From Seison nebaliae (taxonomy: Eukaryota), in assembly GCA_023231475.1 (NCBI GenBank), contig JALJEE010002741.1:1-64000 (forward strand): DNA of 64,000 nt, in the 5' to 3' direction. Below the pieces are notes generated by a model, which did not search any database, had not been told where the DNA came from, and saw only the letters and a program-made list of their open reading frames with translations. A program made the position numbers and the translations under genes. Below are positions 1 through 16,400 of the stretch, piece by piece. The number at the start of each line of letters is the position of its first letter. Positions within the stretch are counted from its first letter, which is position 1.

Positions 1-3000
1 CCGTCCATAATGATCAGATACACTGATTTCACATAAATATTCTGTATTACTAAAAATTGAAACATATATAAAAAATTTTAACGAAAATTTTAAAATTCTT
101 AATTAACTTGGCCACTTCACTTCCTAAGAAAATATCACCAATTTTTGATTGAATAATAAATGGTGCCATACCAAATTCATCATTCTTATCTGTATCATCA
201 TTTGAACGATCGTCAACAAGTTTCGTTTTCTTCTCTTTTCCATTGTTCAATCGACAATCAATATTATAAACAAGTGAACTAGGACCATATTGGAGAGAAC
301 GGTCGCCATCAGTAGCTCGAATACGTCCAACCAATTCCCCACGAGACATATTGGTAGGCATAGTGAAATTTAATATTTTATTTATTGGCGGTTTCTTTTT
401 CTCATCCGATTTTTTAACGTCGTTAATATCATTACTATTGGAAAATGTTGTTACGGACGCTGTCAAATCTCGTGGACTAATGAAAACTGGAGCATGATCA
501 TTCCGATCTTCAATTTGTAATGTAATGGTTGCTTCACTTCTTAATGATCGTGGATATCTTCCTTTATCTGTAGCCTGTAATTGAATCATAATAAAATCTG
601 TATCCATAGTATCATAATTGATCAATTTATTCGCTTTCAAACAAACATCATATCGTTTACTACCAGTTGATTGAAGCATCATTGAATTGCTACTATATGC
701 ACCTAACATCGAAGAACGATGATATTCATAAGGATTTCTTATCGTCTCCTGTTTCTTCACATCCAAAGAAAATAGTTTTTGTGCTGCATGACTTCCCACT
801 GACTTGAAGTTAGTCGATACATCAATCACTTCTATTATCACATCATTATTTGGAGATGTTACATCAGCATCAACAACTTGGAATTCGCCAATACATCTGT
901 CTGATGGCAATTTTTCTCCGACGGAAAAAGTACTTTGCAACATTAAAAATTTTGGTTTCTCATCATTCACATCAATCACATTGACAATTATATCTAAATT
1001 TGAACGTCGTAAAGTTAAATCTTCGGCGAATACAGTTACCGTGTGAGTTTGTGACGTCTCACAATCGAATGGTTTCACCGTTAACAATTTAGTAAAATCT
1101 GAAGATAATCGGAACATTCCCGAACCATCAACCAGATAATATGATATCGTTCCATTATCCGGATCGATAGCTTTGATATTCGCTACTAATGTTCCAGGAC
1201 CTTGATCTTCCGTAATGTTCACATGATATTCTCCCCGAACCACTTCGATCGGTTTTATAAATCGTGGTGGTAAATCGACACGATTCGATATTTTTATTAT
1301 TACTACTTCCGATACTTCGATTGAAGAATCAGTATCTCTCGCTGTAATTTTTACGGGAACTGCCGTTCCAGCGCCCCATTTTTGGGGGTCCAATTCTCTC
1401 GGATCGTTTACTTTCAAATTTATTTTACTATATCCATAATCATAATTTGGATCCACTGTGAATCTCGTATCATTAACTTGTATCGAATATTTGGAATGAG
1501 TATTACTCTGTTGGAAATCAGTTACTATTAATTAAACAAGAAAAGAATTAAAAATTTACCAAATCCAAATCTTCAACAGCGATTTCCAATGGAATGAAAA
1601 AATTCCTTGGAAAATATTCAGGTAATTGATATTCTTTGAACGGAATAATAATAGACGGTGATTTATCATTTACATCTTCAATTGCAACTTTAATTTCTGC
1701 TTTCTTATTACAGAAATTACTACAACCAATTTCTTTGGCGATAACAGATAATTCATATCTGAAAAATAGATAAACGTACAAAAGATGGAAAAGAAGAAGA
1801 ATACCTTGTTTTTGGTCGTTCTTCAAATTTTCCTCTTAGACGACTAGAATTTAAATTGTAATCTACATCGAACGTCGTTTTTGTTCGAATTTCTCCCGAA
1901 TATTTATCTAACGTGAATGATTTACTATCAGCTATTATTGAGAATGTATAATCAAATTATTTTAAAGTAATTTTAACCTGTGGCCTCCAGGAAATATTGG
2001 ATTGTATGTTTCTTTTCTCGAGGAAGAAATATGTCACCATCCACTGCACGAATCGTATGTACTAATGTTCCCTAAAATTATTTTTAAAATGAAAAAAAAT
2101 CATTATTAATATAATTAACCACATCAGCATTCTCCAATACCGAAACGGGTTTTAATGGCAATTCCAAAAATTTGGGTGGTGTATCTTGTACGTCAATTAC
2201 ATGAACTTGAATTTCATGTTTAACGTTTGTTTTCCGATCCTAAAATTATTGAATCATCATAAATCTCAACAAATTTAAATATTAACATCAGCTCTTATGA
2301 AAACTTTCATTAGTTTTTTCGTTTCGTAATCCAATTTCTTTTGAAGATAAATACTTCCTTTTACTGAAGCAAATTCATTTCGACTATATTGATCAGTTTT
2401 ACCCAATTGAAAGAATTCACCATCATCCATCTGAATGAGAAATTGATGAGAATAAAGCTCGAAATAAAATTAACGAAAAGAATTCTCATACTGAGAGAGT
2501 TTCTATTGAATCGATAATCTTTATCACGTGCTTCAACTTCAGCAATAATTGTGTTGAGTGTTGTATTCTCTTGTACACTAATATGTTGTGGATTAACTGA
2601 ACCGCTCGATTCGAAATATGGTTCATTATCATTGATATCCAATACACGTAATATGCCGGACGATGTGGTCTAATAAAAAAATTAATATTTTATATATTCT
2701 AAATTTAAACATTTCTTCTCGTTTTGAAATTGACGACGGTATATCCGAAAGTGTAAGTAGTTTGTTTCTCAAAATCCAGTGACATTCGTAACATTAACAT
2801 TCCATGATCATTCAATTTCATTATTGTATTACCGTCACTATTGAGTTTATATAAAATGGATCTCGTATCATAATCGGGTATTCTGCAGAGAATCGTATCT
2901 GGTGGTTCATTCTCATCCACCGTCAAATGATCCCATCGACATTCTTCGTAAGCATCGCTTCTATGTCGTTTCCCGTCGATCAAATGGAAATTGATAAAAA

Positions 3001-3043
3001 TTATTTTTGAAACAATTACAAAATATATCAATATGCTATTCAT
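1..3043 (-). CDS. Cadherin-repeat protein (5' part; continues off the left edge). Introns at about 2670-2710, 2431-2474, 2240-2286, 2072-2119, 1932-1977, 1759-1804, 1508-1559 and 50-107
   Basis: Signal peptide MNSILIYFVIV (ATG at 3043). Repeated cadherin Ca-binding motifs: LDFEK, DINDNEP, ARDKD, LDYET, DVQDTPP, DVNDKSP, AIDPD, DVNDEKP, DRNDHAP, ATDGD. Eight GT-AG introns join the ORF fragments in frame. Confidence 0.9.
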
Positions 3044-6000
3044 ATTCAGTTTGAAAATTTCCACATTCTATGACAAATGAAATGAGGTAAATGAAAATTT
3101 GTTAAATTGTGAGAGATGAAATAATATGATCAATAGTTTTTCAAAGGAAAATTATAAAACAAACTCGTTTTCCCAACGTTCGTTTATTAGGTGATGATCA
3201 GAGAATAAATTAGGCTAATCAACAGATATGGTCATTATAAAATGATGTCGTGCGAAGAACGGAAGCGAATACGGTGATAATGTATGTAAATGTTGACTAT
3301 GTTGATTCGGCCCTTTTCGAAAAAATCAAGTTCGAACAAAAACAATGAACATGGTGAAGAAATTGATGAATAGATGATGTTATATGTTCTTAAAAGCACA
3401 TGTCATAATGTTAAAAAGTTTTCTTGTCATATTTTAATGGAATTGAATTTGATAAAGTTCATTTAGAACTCAATCACTCACTCAAATGATATGCTTCATG
3501 TCTGTAAGAGACTAAAAAAGAAAGAAGCTTTCTGTATTTTGGATTTATAACGAAATCGAAACTTCTCATTCTTCTAAATAAATTGAGAAATGAAAAGTAG
3601 ATTTTGTATCGAAAAAACGATGGAGAATGAGCTAGATCAACTTAAAGAGATAAATGAGTTCAGGATATACTTCCAAATAGAAGTAATAGCCAATGCATTT
3701 GATATGTTTGATGAAAGTTAGCAACTTTGACTTGAGATACAAATTAAATATTTAGTTAATGAAGAATTCAGAGGGAAGAATGGAAGATGAATGAAGGTCG
3801 GTAAACGGAATCGATTACGTTCATTATTCTCTGTAAGTTGAAGTCTTGATGATTCATAAACATCGTAATTATAATAATAATTTACTGATTATAATAATGG
3901 ACATCTAACTAAACATGGAATGCTTAGAAGAATAAACAACCTTGAGCAAATAACTTAGTCGTCGGTCATGGAAATCATGGTCCTAATTATTATCAGGAAA
4001 AATTTTCTTTCTAACGGAATTGTTAATGCTCGTCAAAGTTAGTTGTCAGAAAATTATTTGTATGACTAAATTCATTTGATCAATGACTCATTAAAATTAT
4101 TATTAATAAAAATTCATATTGATTATATTAACAATATGAAAATTTCGATGTTCCTGGAAGAATTATTAATATTAGATCATACTGGTTAACAATAACTATA
4201 AAACTTGGAACAAAGGTACATTGATGTAGAAGATTCATGTTGATGGAAGAAGGAAATTAGTAAAAAAGAATAAAAATAAAATTTTTTTTCATATTTTCAA
4301 TTAGACTGAAATAAAAGCAAGAAATTCAAATGAAATTAAAAGAAGAAGAACTATCGTCATTAAAACAATATTGCGTCACATCCACAGTATTCATTCAACC
4401 TAATCGATCTATTGATAGATTTGAATTGATGTCAGAAAGCAGTAAAATACTTCTTCTCGTTTTGAAACGAGAAGTCGAATATTTCATGAATCAGTCATCG
4501 AATCGCTTGACCGATATTACACAATTCCCTCTGATGTGGATATTAGAGTTGAAAGAGAAGTTAACGGAAAGATGGATGCGATGAAAAAGAAACTTCTCCT
4601 TTCTTCATTCAACTTCTGTCTTCTTATGTTCAGCTTCACTGACTTCTATCTTTGGTTACATCATCCCCAAACGGAGGTAAATTTAATCAAACCAATTTTT
4701 TTGTTGAAAAAGAATTCGACTTTAAAAAATAGCGACTGCCCATTTCTTCCCCTCAAATACAATTTTAACATAATATTACGAAAAATTCAAAATCTCTTAA
4801 ATTACCGTTTTCTTCCTTAACAAAATGGAAAATTTACTGACAAGAGAATGAAGTGAAGAGTATTATATGTAAATTTGGAAGAGATTATTTGAATAAAAAA
4901 TTAAATTTTTCAGTTTCTACAATTATTAGTTGGACGAATAAACCTGAATGATCTCTAAGAATCATACCTAATATGAATAGAAGGAGAGCATAGAAAAAAG
5001 AGGACGAATGATTATAATTTTAATGAACTTCAACTTATATCATTTCGGGTCATTACAACACATCAGAGTCGAAGCCGCTATAAGATGAATATAAAAGAAT
5101 TAAGATGAAATAATATAGAAATGACGTAGGTTCATGCAATAAATTGATAATCATTATCATTTTTGTGTAGATCTTTTATCTAATGTTCCTTTAACATTTT
5201 CCTTTCTTTGAAATCTTTTTGAAAAACAAATTTGTTGAGATATCTCTCAATGTATCGATGTATCTACAACCAAATATATCGAAAGATATTCTCAATGGAG
5301 AGGTGAAGACATATCTTGCGGGATCCGATGGATATTCACAGATACTCAACATTTCTCTATGTCGATTTAACATGAGGTGAGATATCTCATTAGACAAATG
5401 ATAATCGTTCTCAATTTACCAGTACAACAATAGCAGTTGGATATTCAGATCAATGCAACAGATTGCATGAGCAAATAAATTGACACTTCTTTCTTTCTTA
5501 ATATTACGATGACGTGAATAATCAGTAAGAATGAATAAAATTTTGTAATTTGTCATTAACACAAATCTATTAAAATAAGTTTCATCATATTATACATTTC
5601 ATCAATTTATCAGTCTAACATTCGACGATCGTCGAACAATCATCTCCAATAGACGATTCCCTAGACTAAATTACTCAAATGAGAAAAACCAACAAACTCT
5701 CCTCAATGAATTTGATACGACACAACCACTTACTGGAGTTGACGAGCGAAAGTTAAACGAAGAGTTGGGGAAGGAGAATTTGATTTTTTTTCATAGAAAA
5801 TTTTCGATTTCGATTAAACGATTGTAAATTTATCGGAATTTCATTCTCTGATGAATTTATTGGGAGAGAAGTAAGAATCCCAATAAACAATGAAGAAAAT
5901 GTTAATTAAAATCTTGCGAACAATTCACACAGACAACCCACTAGGTGGAAGCAGCATGGAATGAGAATGACAATAATCATCAAAATTCAATAGAAGACGG

Positions 6001-9000
6001 AAGAAAGGAAGAATGGGAGAATCGAATTCAGTAAAGTTCCTTCATGTTCTTTAGTCACCGATGTCCCTATTAAACGATAGATTTGCATATTTCCTTCTTA
6101 GGCAACCTGTTAGTTCCTCATGACAGACGACCGATAGAAGAATGTTTTTAAATAAGATAAAAATTTCGAAGATGAACTTATCAGCTGAACTAAAACAATC
6201 TTCCTTTACATTTTCATTATAGCGAGGTGTTTAATAATTTGAAATTATTATCGGGAAATTGAAAAAAAAAATTCCAGAGAAAACTTTTTTAATTTTCAAT
6301 TTATTTAAAGAATGAGATCGAGAGAAATTGGATATCGATAATATGGTGAATATACGAAATTATCTTAATAAAATTAAAATAAAAGTACATAAGTGACAGG
6401 AAAATGATTACTTAAATTCTTAGGAAACTTTGAACTAGAAAATCGAGTAGGAAATGACAACGTTGGAAAATTGATCTTTCATAATATCTGTACTGAATCT
6501 GAATTTGGTGGTGGTTGGATGGATAACTTCAAGTTATTAACTTGTAGTTTCTCCTTCTTCGTTCAGAAATATTGAGCAGACGGATGAGAATAAGTGAGTA
6601 ACTATCGAATTGTCACTGTTTATGGTAGACAATTAGGAATTGTGATATGTATGAAAAAAATATTGGGAGAAAATAAATTCATAAATCGAGTTGGTTACAT
6701 AATTGTCAGATATAATAGATAAATTGAAGTGATCGACACAGATATTTGATAAGCAAAAGTTTTGAAATAAGATACATTTGTTTTCTTTACTTCTCATTTA
6801 TTGCGGTCAGTTGCGTAGATGACATGAGATTATGCAATTGATCAATCGAACACATACCGATTTACCAGCTACTTTTTCTCTTATTATCTTTCTAAATATC
6901 TCCATCGTTTCAATACACCGCCAATCATAACGTTCAGTGTATAGAGCAAATCATATCGATTCAAATTCCTACATGTTGGAAATCCATATTGAGTTATACA
7001 AACATTATGATGATGATAGACAATCACGTTAAAATTTGGCAATCTGCTCGAATAATTAACCCATTTGATTATTATCTAGTGTTGGGTTGAAATGAAAGAT
7101 TCTTTTTCCATTTAATCATACAAATAATGATGAAATATCGTCATATAAGAATATAATTCTCTGCGAATTATTCTCATGAATTATAATGGGATGAATTAAT
7201 TTCCGATGATTTTTCGAAAAATCACTACGGAACATATGAACATAATTGTAACAAAATTTTATTTTCCATAATTCAGTTTGATGAATATAATCAACCCAAA
7301 TCAACATCATTCAAGGTTCGATGGAACAATTCTTCAACTTCTGATCTTGAACAGAATATGGTTTAATTGGAAATAAGTCGAAATTCAGATTCTTCTTTTC
7401 CTTATCTCTTAAGATAAGTGATCATTGCCACGTTCTTCACTCGACGAACTTATCTTATGTAATTAAACAGTAAACAACATAAATCAGTAAATACAATAAA
7501 CAATCAAAGTTCCTAATCAAATCGGTAGTAAGGAAATGAAGAATGGGAAGTATTCTGATCAACTTGTCAACAATAACAGATGAGAAATTTCTCGCCATCA
7601 TTAAAGCAAAATGTCACATATTTATCTGACGGATTGAGGATGTGTATCTGGAGGAGACAGAAGTGGTTGTGATTGAATGGAGCATTCCTTCACGACCATC
7701 GGAGAATGATAATCGGAATAGTATTTCGGAGACGAACATGTATATGAATGACAAAATCGTGGAAAAAAGAAATCGGTTACTCATAACAACGAAAAGAGAA
7801 GGAATAATTAAGATTCAAGAATAAAAACAAAAAAAAATTTATTAAATATAAACAAACTATAACTATTTTTCTCGTAAGGCGAACCGAATGAATTGTTCTA
7901 TGCGTATAATTCTATTGCTAGAATTATTTGTTCATTATTTAACTACTTCCACTTATTCAAGGACTGATCTCACATATAGACATGTATTAGACAGACCTTG
8001 GAAAGTATATTATAATAATTACATATTATACATGTGCAATCTTTATGAGAAGAAATTTAACGTTAAATAATTCAATATAACTCAACTCTCCATTTCTCAT
8101 ATGAAACAGAAATATATTCGCTTTCCATATAACTTTATCATCGGCGACCATGACTACTCGTCTGGTGATATATTCATCCACATAATGGAGATGATGGATA
8201 AAAAGATGTGTTGAAATTGATGCATCATTGTTGGTATGATTGAAAAGAGGCGAATGTCCATCAATCAGTTAAGAAGAAAAATTATATAAAAATTTGATGA
8301 AAATTATAAATGGGAGAAATAAGTTACATATCGAATAGAATTCTTAAAGTTGTAAAATGGTGAAGGAATCGAATATTCAGTTAACGGAAACAACAATTAT
8401 TCGAGAAAAGAACAGCTGTTTCCGTATCAAATGATTGAAAAGTAATTATTGTCGACCATGTTATTGAACTCATTAACATTCGATTGTTCTTAAACAAATG
8501 ATTGATAAATTATTGATTGAAATTGACAATAATTTCCTAATTAAATTATAATTCTCCAATGAAAATTATTGTACGTAAATATTGAACTGTTACTATTGCT
8601 TCATTTTGAAATTACTTTTCCTTCTAGCAAAATATTCTGTTCCATCGACAGAAAAATCGGGTTCTCCAAACTCTTGAAATCAAAATTAAAAAAATTTTTT
8701 TTTTCAAATAGAATAACTGAAAGAAATGAAAGAAGAAATCTAATAAGAGACTGTTGAATAATGAGAAATGATTAAATGAATGATGAACTGTTACTAATAA
8801 TTATGGGAAGAAATAAATCAGATTTTGAGAAATCAAAATGTCGAACATGAAAAACATCTGGGCTCAGTTTCAACTGAGACTGACTCCAATACGATTGAAT
8901 TGAACATGTTCCTTATCGCAGAAGAGATTTCATTATATAATCAAGGAAGTGAAGTTAAAATAGATCGCCACTAGTGATTAATGTCCGTTTGAACGCCTAA

Positions 9001-12000
9001 CTGTTAATACAAAGAAAGAAACGATAACTGACCACCTGAACAATCTTTGATTACATTAGCTGGTTAAGGGAACAGGAATGATTAAGGAAGAATCAGAGAA
9101 ATACTTTTCTTATTGTTTTCTCTATTGCAGCCAATGGGCAAATGTAACATTTCTTCTTGTTTATTTAGGTTCATTATACCACGTCGAAAAAAGCAAACCA
9201 CGAATCTTTTCTAACGATGACGAGATGATGATGATGATGGAGAATGAATATATTCATCTTCTAAATAAATTTGCAATTGTTTTTCGATGTGGATAAAGAT
9301 TTCTCACTAAGGAGAATGTGGCAACTACTCGACATATTCGCAACAGAATATTAATTATTTCAATAAAAAAAATATTCTTAAGAATCTTCCTCATAGAATT
9401 TTATGATAATCGTAATTATGATCGTCATTATTAACTTTCCATCTATTAGCTCTTTCGAGAAAAGGTTCTCTCAAAGGAAATTTATTTTCTTCTCAATTTA
9501 CGTCATTCTCATTTGTGATGAACTAAAAAAAAAATCACTTTTGAATCCAAGAGGAATAATTCCATCTGGTTCGAAATTCAATTAAAGACAATGGTTCACC
9601 GCAGCCTCACATTGGTAATCATGTCGAAGTGGCCCATCGACATATCTATTCTTGAAGAAAAAAAGAAATGGAAGATAGAAACGGAATATTTCTTCTTTGG
9701 GAAAAGAATGACTTAATAGAAAAGTTGGTTATGGTGACGAATTAATTACTCGCCATCAAACGACAACGATGATTGATGTCGATAAAGTTGCGGAAAGGAA
9801 GTTCACGAGAACGTGAATGTTCAAATAAAACGAAATAAAGAAAGATTCTTCTTCCACTTCTATTGGTATTTTGTTGTTTTTTTTTGAATGAGTAAGAGAT
9901 ATGTAGGTAGGTAGAAGTGGAATATAAGAGTCGTAGAGACCGAGAACTAGTAGAAGGAAAAGGTATTAATGTGGGAGAATCGTAGAAGGAAATGAGGACA
10001 ATATCAAGAACTCGCCCTTCTTTCACCAAAGAACCGTTATCACCTCAATTATCATCATAAAATTTAATATTTAAATAATAATAATTTCCATTTTTTATAT
10101 AATTTATTTCGACGATACATGTGTCATCAGGAATGGTGAGAAGAAACGATAAGAAACTTGTTCAATAATGGAATGAATGTGCATGAATAAACTGAGACTT
10201 CCGTTTGCTGGATTCAATGAAGCGGAGGATGTTGTATTTCCTTACGAAAGCATCTGATTATTGATGAACGTTCTTTATTCCCGAAGATGACGATGACGTG
10301 ATGTTCCTTATATTGTCATTTGTTTTTCAGTTGGTCCCTCAGATCTGTCTATTGATATGAATTGATCAATTGTTTGTTGATGGAATAGCAATGAATTGGT
10401 GAGGAGGAAGTAAAAGTTCTTCATTGAAACAATGGAAGCTATTAGGACTCGATATTAACTCCTGGCGACATATACCAGTTAGTACGATAAATATTTCATA
10501 AAGTTAAAAACGTATTAAATGGAAAGTCGTCTTTGTTCTAAATAATTCTTCGGAGAAATTCGAGATGAACATAAATTTTGTAATGTTTTGTTTATCGATG
10601 ATATAACTCATTTCTGATGAAGATTTCATGAAGACTTAATTGAGGAGACTGGGGAAGGAAGGAAGAAAGAAAATGAAATTTTGAATTATTAATGAAATTG
10701 AACGGAAATTGTCAAATAAATTCATTAACATACATCCTTCCATCCGATCATAGATAATTTTTGGTAAACATTCAATGAAAGAACTACCATCTGGTATGAT
10801 GGCCGTTGGATAGGAGTAATAACACTGAAGAATAATGTGAGTAATGAATAATTTGAATAATAATTGACGATCAACATCGATTCTTCTTAGTCGACACATA
10901 ATGAACATGTTTTATTGAATCGTCCTTCGACGACGAGAAACGATATGTCCAAACAGATGATGATCGCTCAAATTTCTGAACGACGCTTGTCCGTTTTCAA
11001 TCACGATTCATCTACATAATCAGTAAATGACACAGAAACGAAATTAACTTCATGTTCAGTGTGACTTTGACTTGAAGCTACATGAAATACGAATCAAATA
11101 CGAAAATTATGTGACGAAAGTGAATATATTCAAAAGAGACGAATGAGATAAAATTGATGAGATTGTGGAGTGGTGGAGTTGATTGATTTAACACATTTTC
11201 GTTAAACTTGTTGCATTCGCATTCTCTTTCAATACTTACTGACTTATATCATTTGTGTTGTTCTTATTCCTGATATATCTTCACCGATTAATCATTTGAA
11301 ATATGAGCAAAAAGAGCGGAAAGAAACCGAATAAAAAACGAGAACTTGACTGAAAGAACTATATCAGTTTAATTTGAATATCAGGAATTGTGGAAGAGAA
11401 TAGAAAATCGGAAACTTTTACGAGATGTGAAAAAATAATTATATGAATTTTTTTCGTTTGAAGCAGTTGAGTAATGGAATGTTTAGTAATTCTTTCCTTC
11501 TGTTAGAAACCAGTACAATCATCATCACCACTAATAACGAGTATTTACAACGTTAAATTCATGACCTTAAAACCTGTTGCTATCATTATCATTCCAATAA
11601 TGATCATCACTATCATCAGCCTTCTCTCAATTATTAGACAGATGGAAACACATTATATTCTACTAAATTTTTTTTGTTCGTTTTTTTTTTCTTCCTTTAT
11701 CGAAGAAGAAGAAGTAGAAGACGAAGAAATGAGAGCATGAAAAGAAGAAGCATAACAACTATTGATGTTGATTGTCTTCGTCATTCACTTCGTATATGTA
11801 TACACGTCACTCGAACGAGAAGAATACTAGACTATTTCCCATATCTTTCTTTTTATTATTATCACGTCAACACTTAAACATTAGAGGACTTTTATTAGAG
11901 CTACTAAATACTACAACTCTTTCTGACAGGAGAATTCATTAACACAATCGTTTTACCACCATAATAATATTAACAATCGAGTACCGCAAGAATTTTGAAG

Positions 12001-13480
12001 AACACGAAAAAGAAATTCTTCTAACAAAATAAATCATATGGGTAGATGACGTAAAATTATGATATAAAAAAAAATCTTTCTTATATTGAATAATGACAAA
12101 ATAAGAAAAACAATAAAATCTTATAACAATAACAATAACACCAATGGAAATGAGGGAATTAAAGACGTTAGTTTAATAAGAAATTGTTTTATAAAAAAAA
12201 TAATCAGATAAAATCTTCCAATTTTTTTCAATGTTACCCTTCCATTCTCCTCCTATTTCCCAATGGTAATAGTTGTGGAATGAGAAAAAAATGATGTTAC
12301 TGATGATGATGATGATAGCGACAACAACAATCTTGGTGTTGTTGTTGTTACTGATGTTGAGAGAATAAGAAGCGTCGTCCTTCATCGTCATCACAAATGT
12401 GTTCTTCGTGGAACGCTTCCGATTAATTGAAACGTTCATGAGATTCTTTTATTTCTATTTTCCTTCTGATCATTTCTTCTCATAGCTAAGGAGAGAATCT
12501 GAAAAAATTTAATGAAGGTCAAAATTTTTAAGAGAGGAAAATCTCGTGGTGTAAATGGTCGAGAATAAAGGAGAACGACGGGAATTAATAATATCGATAT
12601 TTCGAGATGAAATGATGACGATGAGAAAAATGAGAAATAATAGCAATTTCAGACTCATTCCTCCTAACGATGTCTGCGATTGATTGCAGCTTACTCTTCT
12701 ATACTGTCACATTCCATTCGATTCTCTTTCGAATTTATTAGTTAATCCGATCGAAATTATGAAACAGTTTCGATGTCGATAGACGATGAACTTCACCTTC
12801 GATATTTTTTTCGGGAATTCTAATGAATCGAATGGAGAAATTCCTTGAAAAAAAAAAAACTCTTTCAAAAGAATAAGAAGAATTGAAGGAAAATTTTTTG
12901 AAATCATCAACAAAAATATGAGTTTGTTATTAGATAGAGAATTATGAAGAGAAATATTCTTTAGAATGAACATAAAATTTTCGTCAGATTAAAATGGACG
13001 ATTTACATGAATAACGATCGATGAGATCAATTGAGATAAATGTGTGAGATTTATAAACATCTTCTTATTTCGATCGACAATAGTCGAACTTCAATTGAGA
13101 TAATGCTCTCAACTTCTACAAGATCTCTGTTCGATGATAATTGACAAAACGACAATTTGTGACCTGTTAATCCGTCTGCTCAATTTCAACATTCTCTTTG
13201 ATAATTTTCTTAAGAAACTTTCGAGAATTATCGAAATGAAGAGTGATCAAAAAATGATTTATTTGAATTCGAATCATTTCATATAAGAATGACAACAAAA
13301 AAAGAATGGGAATAATAATGAGAAAATGTTTTGCTATTAAATTAAATTGTTCTTTCATTTGGGTAATTGTTTTGTTAACTAAATTTCATTTTTTTTCAGA
13401 ATTATCTCTCACACAATTTGTCAACAATTTTAAATTTTGTAGAAATGACAAAAATAAAAGTCGATTTCTTCTTTTCATAT

Positions 13481-16400
13481 TTAGTTATTTGGTGAACACG
13501 TTCCACAATTATCTAATTTGAGTTCTGATCGATTTTTCGGACGAATAATCTCACTGTTATTGTTGTTATTGTCCCTTGTTAAAGATGATGAAGAATTTTC
13601 GATACTTTTCATCAATTCTCCTTCTCGTTCTTGGGAAGTGATAATATTTGATGTTGTTGATGATTCATGAAAATTGTTTAAAGGTAATAAAGAATTAATA
13701 AAATCTTCTGAATTATCTTGATCGATTTCATCATCGTCATCATTATCATCATCATTTTCTGGATCATTGTCATCTGATGGAATATTGGAAATGGTGGCTA
13801 TCTTTTTCGATTGAGGAAGGTGATAAGCAACAGATACATGACATGTAGATCTATTATGTGATGAGGAAGATTGCTGATTTGTAATGGAGACATCATTCGA
13901 TTCTTCCAATTGTTCACAACTATTATTATAACAGAAAGGGAAAGCATCTGTACTTTCTTGTCGAGAGATTTGATTAGAATTCACCGGAGAATTCAATTGA
14001 ATATCTTCAAATTCTTCTTCATTCAAAATGCCATTATTCTGATTGGAATCATCAGCATATGAACTCTTCATAAAATGTACTAAAGCATTCTTCTGATTAT
14101 AAAGCATAGCTCTCAACATTTTTGGATTGGATTTAATCAGACCCTCACCATATTCTTCTTCCATTTCATCAATATCAACATCTGATAATGAATCATCCGA
14201 ATCATTCAGATGTTCATATTGATTCTTCTCATATTTTTCAATGTCCAACTTTTCCTTCTTTTCTCCTAAACGTTTCTTCTCATATTTCTTATCTTCCAAC
14301 ACTCGATCGACACACGACAAATCATTCCGTTCATGATGTCTCGTACAATTGAGTTGTGAATAGAATTTGGAAATGGGTTCCTTCTGATATTGTTGGTAGA
14401 TTCGGTGGATTTGTGAGAAGAGACTACCAATTTCACCTTCCAACTTAAAACCTTCTTCCGTTGAACGATCTTCGAGATGATGTAAGAGAAGAATTAACGT
14501 TTTCGGATTACTCAAATTCATTTGAACAATACTATTCTCTAAAAGAGCTCGGCGCATCTGAGAATTTCTGGGTAATCCTTTTAATGATGGTTCATAGAAA
14601 GCGGATAAAGAAGGAATGTAGGATGATATCGATTTTTCATTTTCATTCAATTCATCACTAATCGAATGATGACACAACAATGGATTATGTTGTGCGAATG
14701 ATTTGTTGAAATATTTTCTTTTTCGTTCATTGGAATGATTTTGAAAATATTTCCTTAATTCTTCTTGTGACGATCGATAACGACGAATTGCCCAATAACA
14801 TTTCTCATCCAACAACAAATCGAGTGATTGTGATGGATTATTTTTCGTATGTTTCAACATTTCCGTTATGAAATCTGCTGGAAATCCTAATTGCATCAAC
14901 TTCTCTAACGACTGACGATGAGGCCGGAAATGATCATGTTGTATTTGTCTCATATCAGCGATTAATGTATCGATATGTAATCGATTATCAATATCGACAA
15001 TCGATTCCTCAACATCTTCTACTTCTTCTTTCATTTCACTTTTCTCTGATGGTGATGTGATTGATGATGTTGATGTTGTCGGTATTGATGTGGTCAAATG
15101 AACATAAGACATATTATTACCAATATTCTGGTTTGTTGTATTTGAATCTTTATTCTTTAATGAATTTGATGATGTTTTCTTCGACTCTTCTAACAACCAA
15201 TCCATAGCAGAATCGAATTTATTGTTGAATTTCCTCAAAGCGACAATACATCGATGTTTATCAAATCCCATATCCATCAAATCATTCAAATGTTCTGTAT
15301 TCACATTGAAGGACGATAAAATGTCATCGAACTCTGATAATTGTTTTCCCGGTTTTGAATGGAATCGTACGATTCCATTTGGATTAATCGATCGTTTCAT
15401 CATCTCTTTAGCCTCATCCATCACCAGATACGAATAAGGTGAATAGGCAACTAATCGTTGAGATTCTTCGATTAATGTCACTAAAATTTTAACAATTTCA
15501 TAAAACGTCAATTGATGAGATTCAGTTGTGCGACGTTTATGTCTATTAAATACTTTCCTTTTCATATTTCTCGAATGTAGATGGAATTCATTCATTTGAA
15601 TATTACTCGAATTATCTTCAATATGATCACTGACATTCTGACACTTCGAATTACTCTCACAAACTATCTCTTTCTTCGACGTTACAGATGTGGCAGTTGA
15701 TGTTGTTATTATTGTAGAATTTTGGGCATGGTTCACCGTCGTACTTCCAATGTTATTGGTTGGAGAGGTGGTTGTTGTAGATGGTATGGAAGTGTAAGGA
15801 GTTGAACCGAATAATCTATATTTCTTTGTACGAGTTTTATTTGTTTTTGTCGTCTCTTTTTTTTGATGATCAATTTCTGATTTTATCGATTTATTTCTAT
15901 GATATAAATCGTTGCTGTTGATGATTGGAGCTCCAATCAAATCACAATAAATTCCATTATCTTCATTGTCAATCAAATGATCGATACTATCATCATTAAA
16001 TTCATTCAATTTATTTTTCATTTGTAAATTGAATAAAATCGAATTATTATCCTGATTTGTTTCCATTCTCACCGATGACGATGATGATGCTGATGTTCCT
16101 GATAATAAGACATCAGTATCTGACGATATATGCGTATCACCACTACCCACTTTCCCATTTATATCAACCAGATGAGAACAATGAGAATAATAATTATAAT
16201 TTTCCCAATTCGAATCGATTCTTTCAATTGGATGTTGATTCTTCATCGACATCTCATCATTCAAATATCGATTGAGTCTCAACGAGTTTGGAGATTTGAT
16301 TATTAAGAATGATAAAATATCTTCCACATTCTCAATATTCGTTAACTGATGATTATATTCCAAATATTTCTTCATATTCATTAATTCCATTTTCTCACTG

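Noticed and set aside
8863..8878. Perfect short hairpin CTCAGTT-TC-AACTGAG
   Set aside because: A 7-bp stem is expected by chance in 64 kb.
4330..13521. Numerous 60-95 aa ORFs in the long intergenic tract
   Set aside because: Low-complexity F/I/L/K translations typical of AT-rich non-coding DNA, with no motifs or consistent splice structure.
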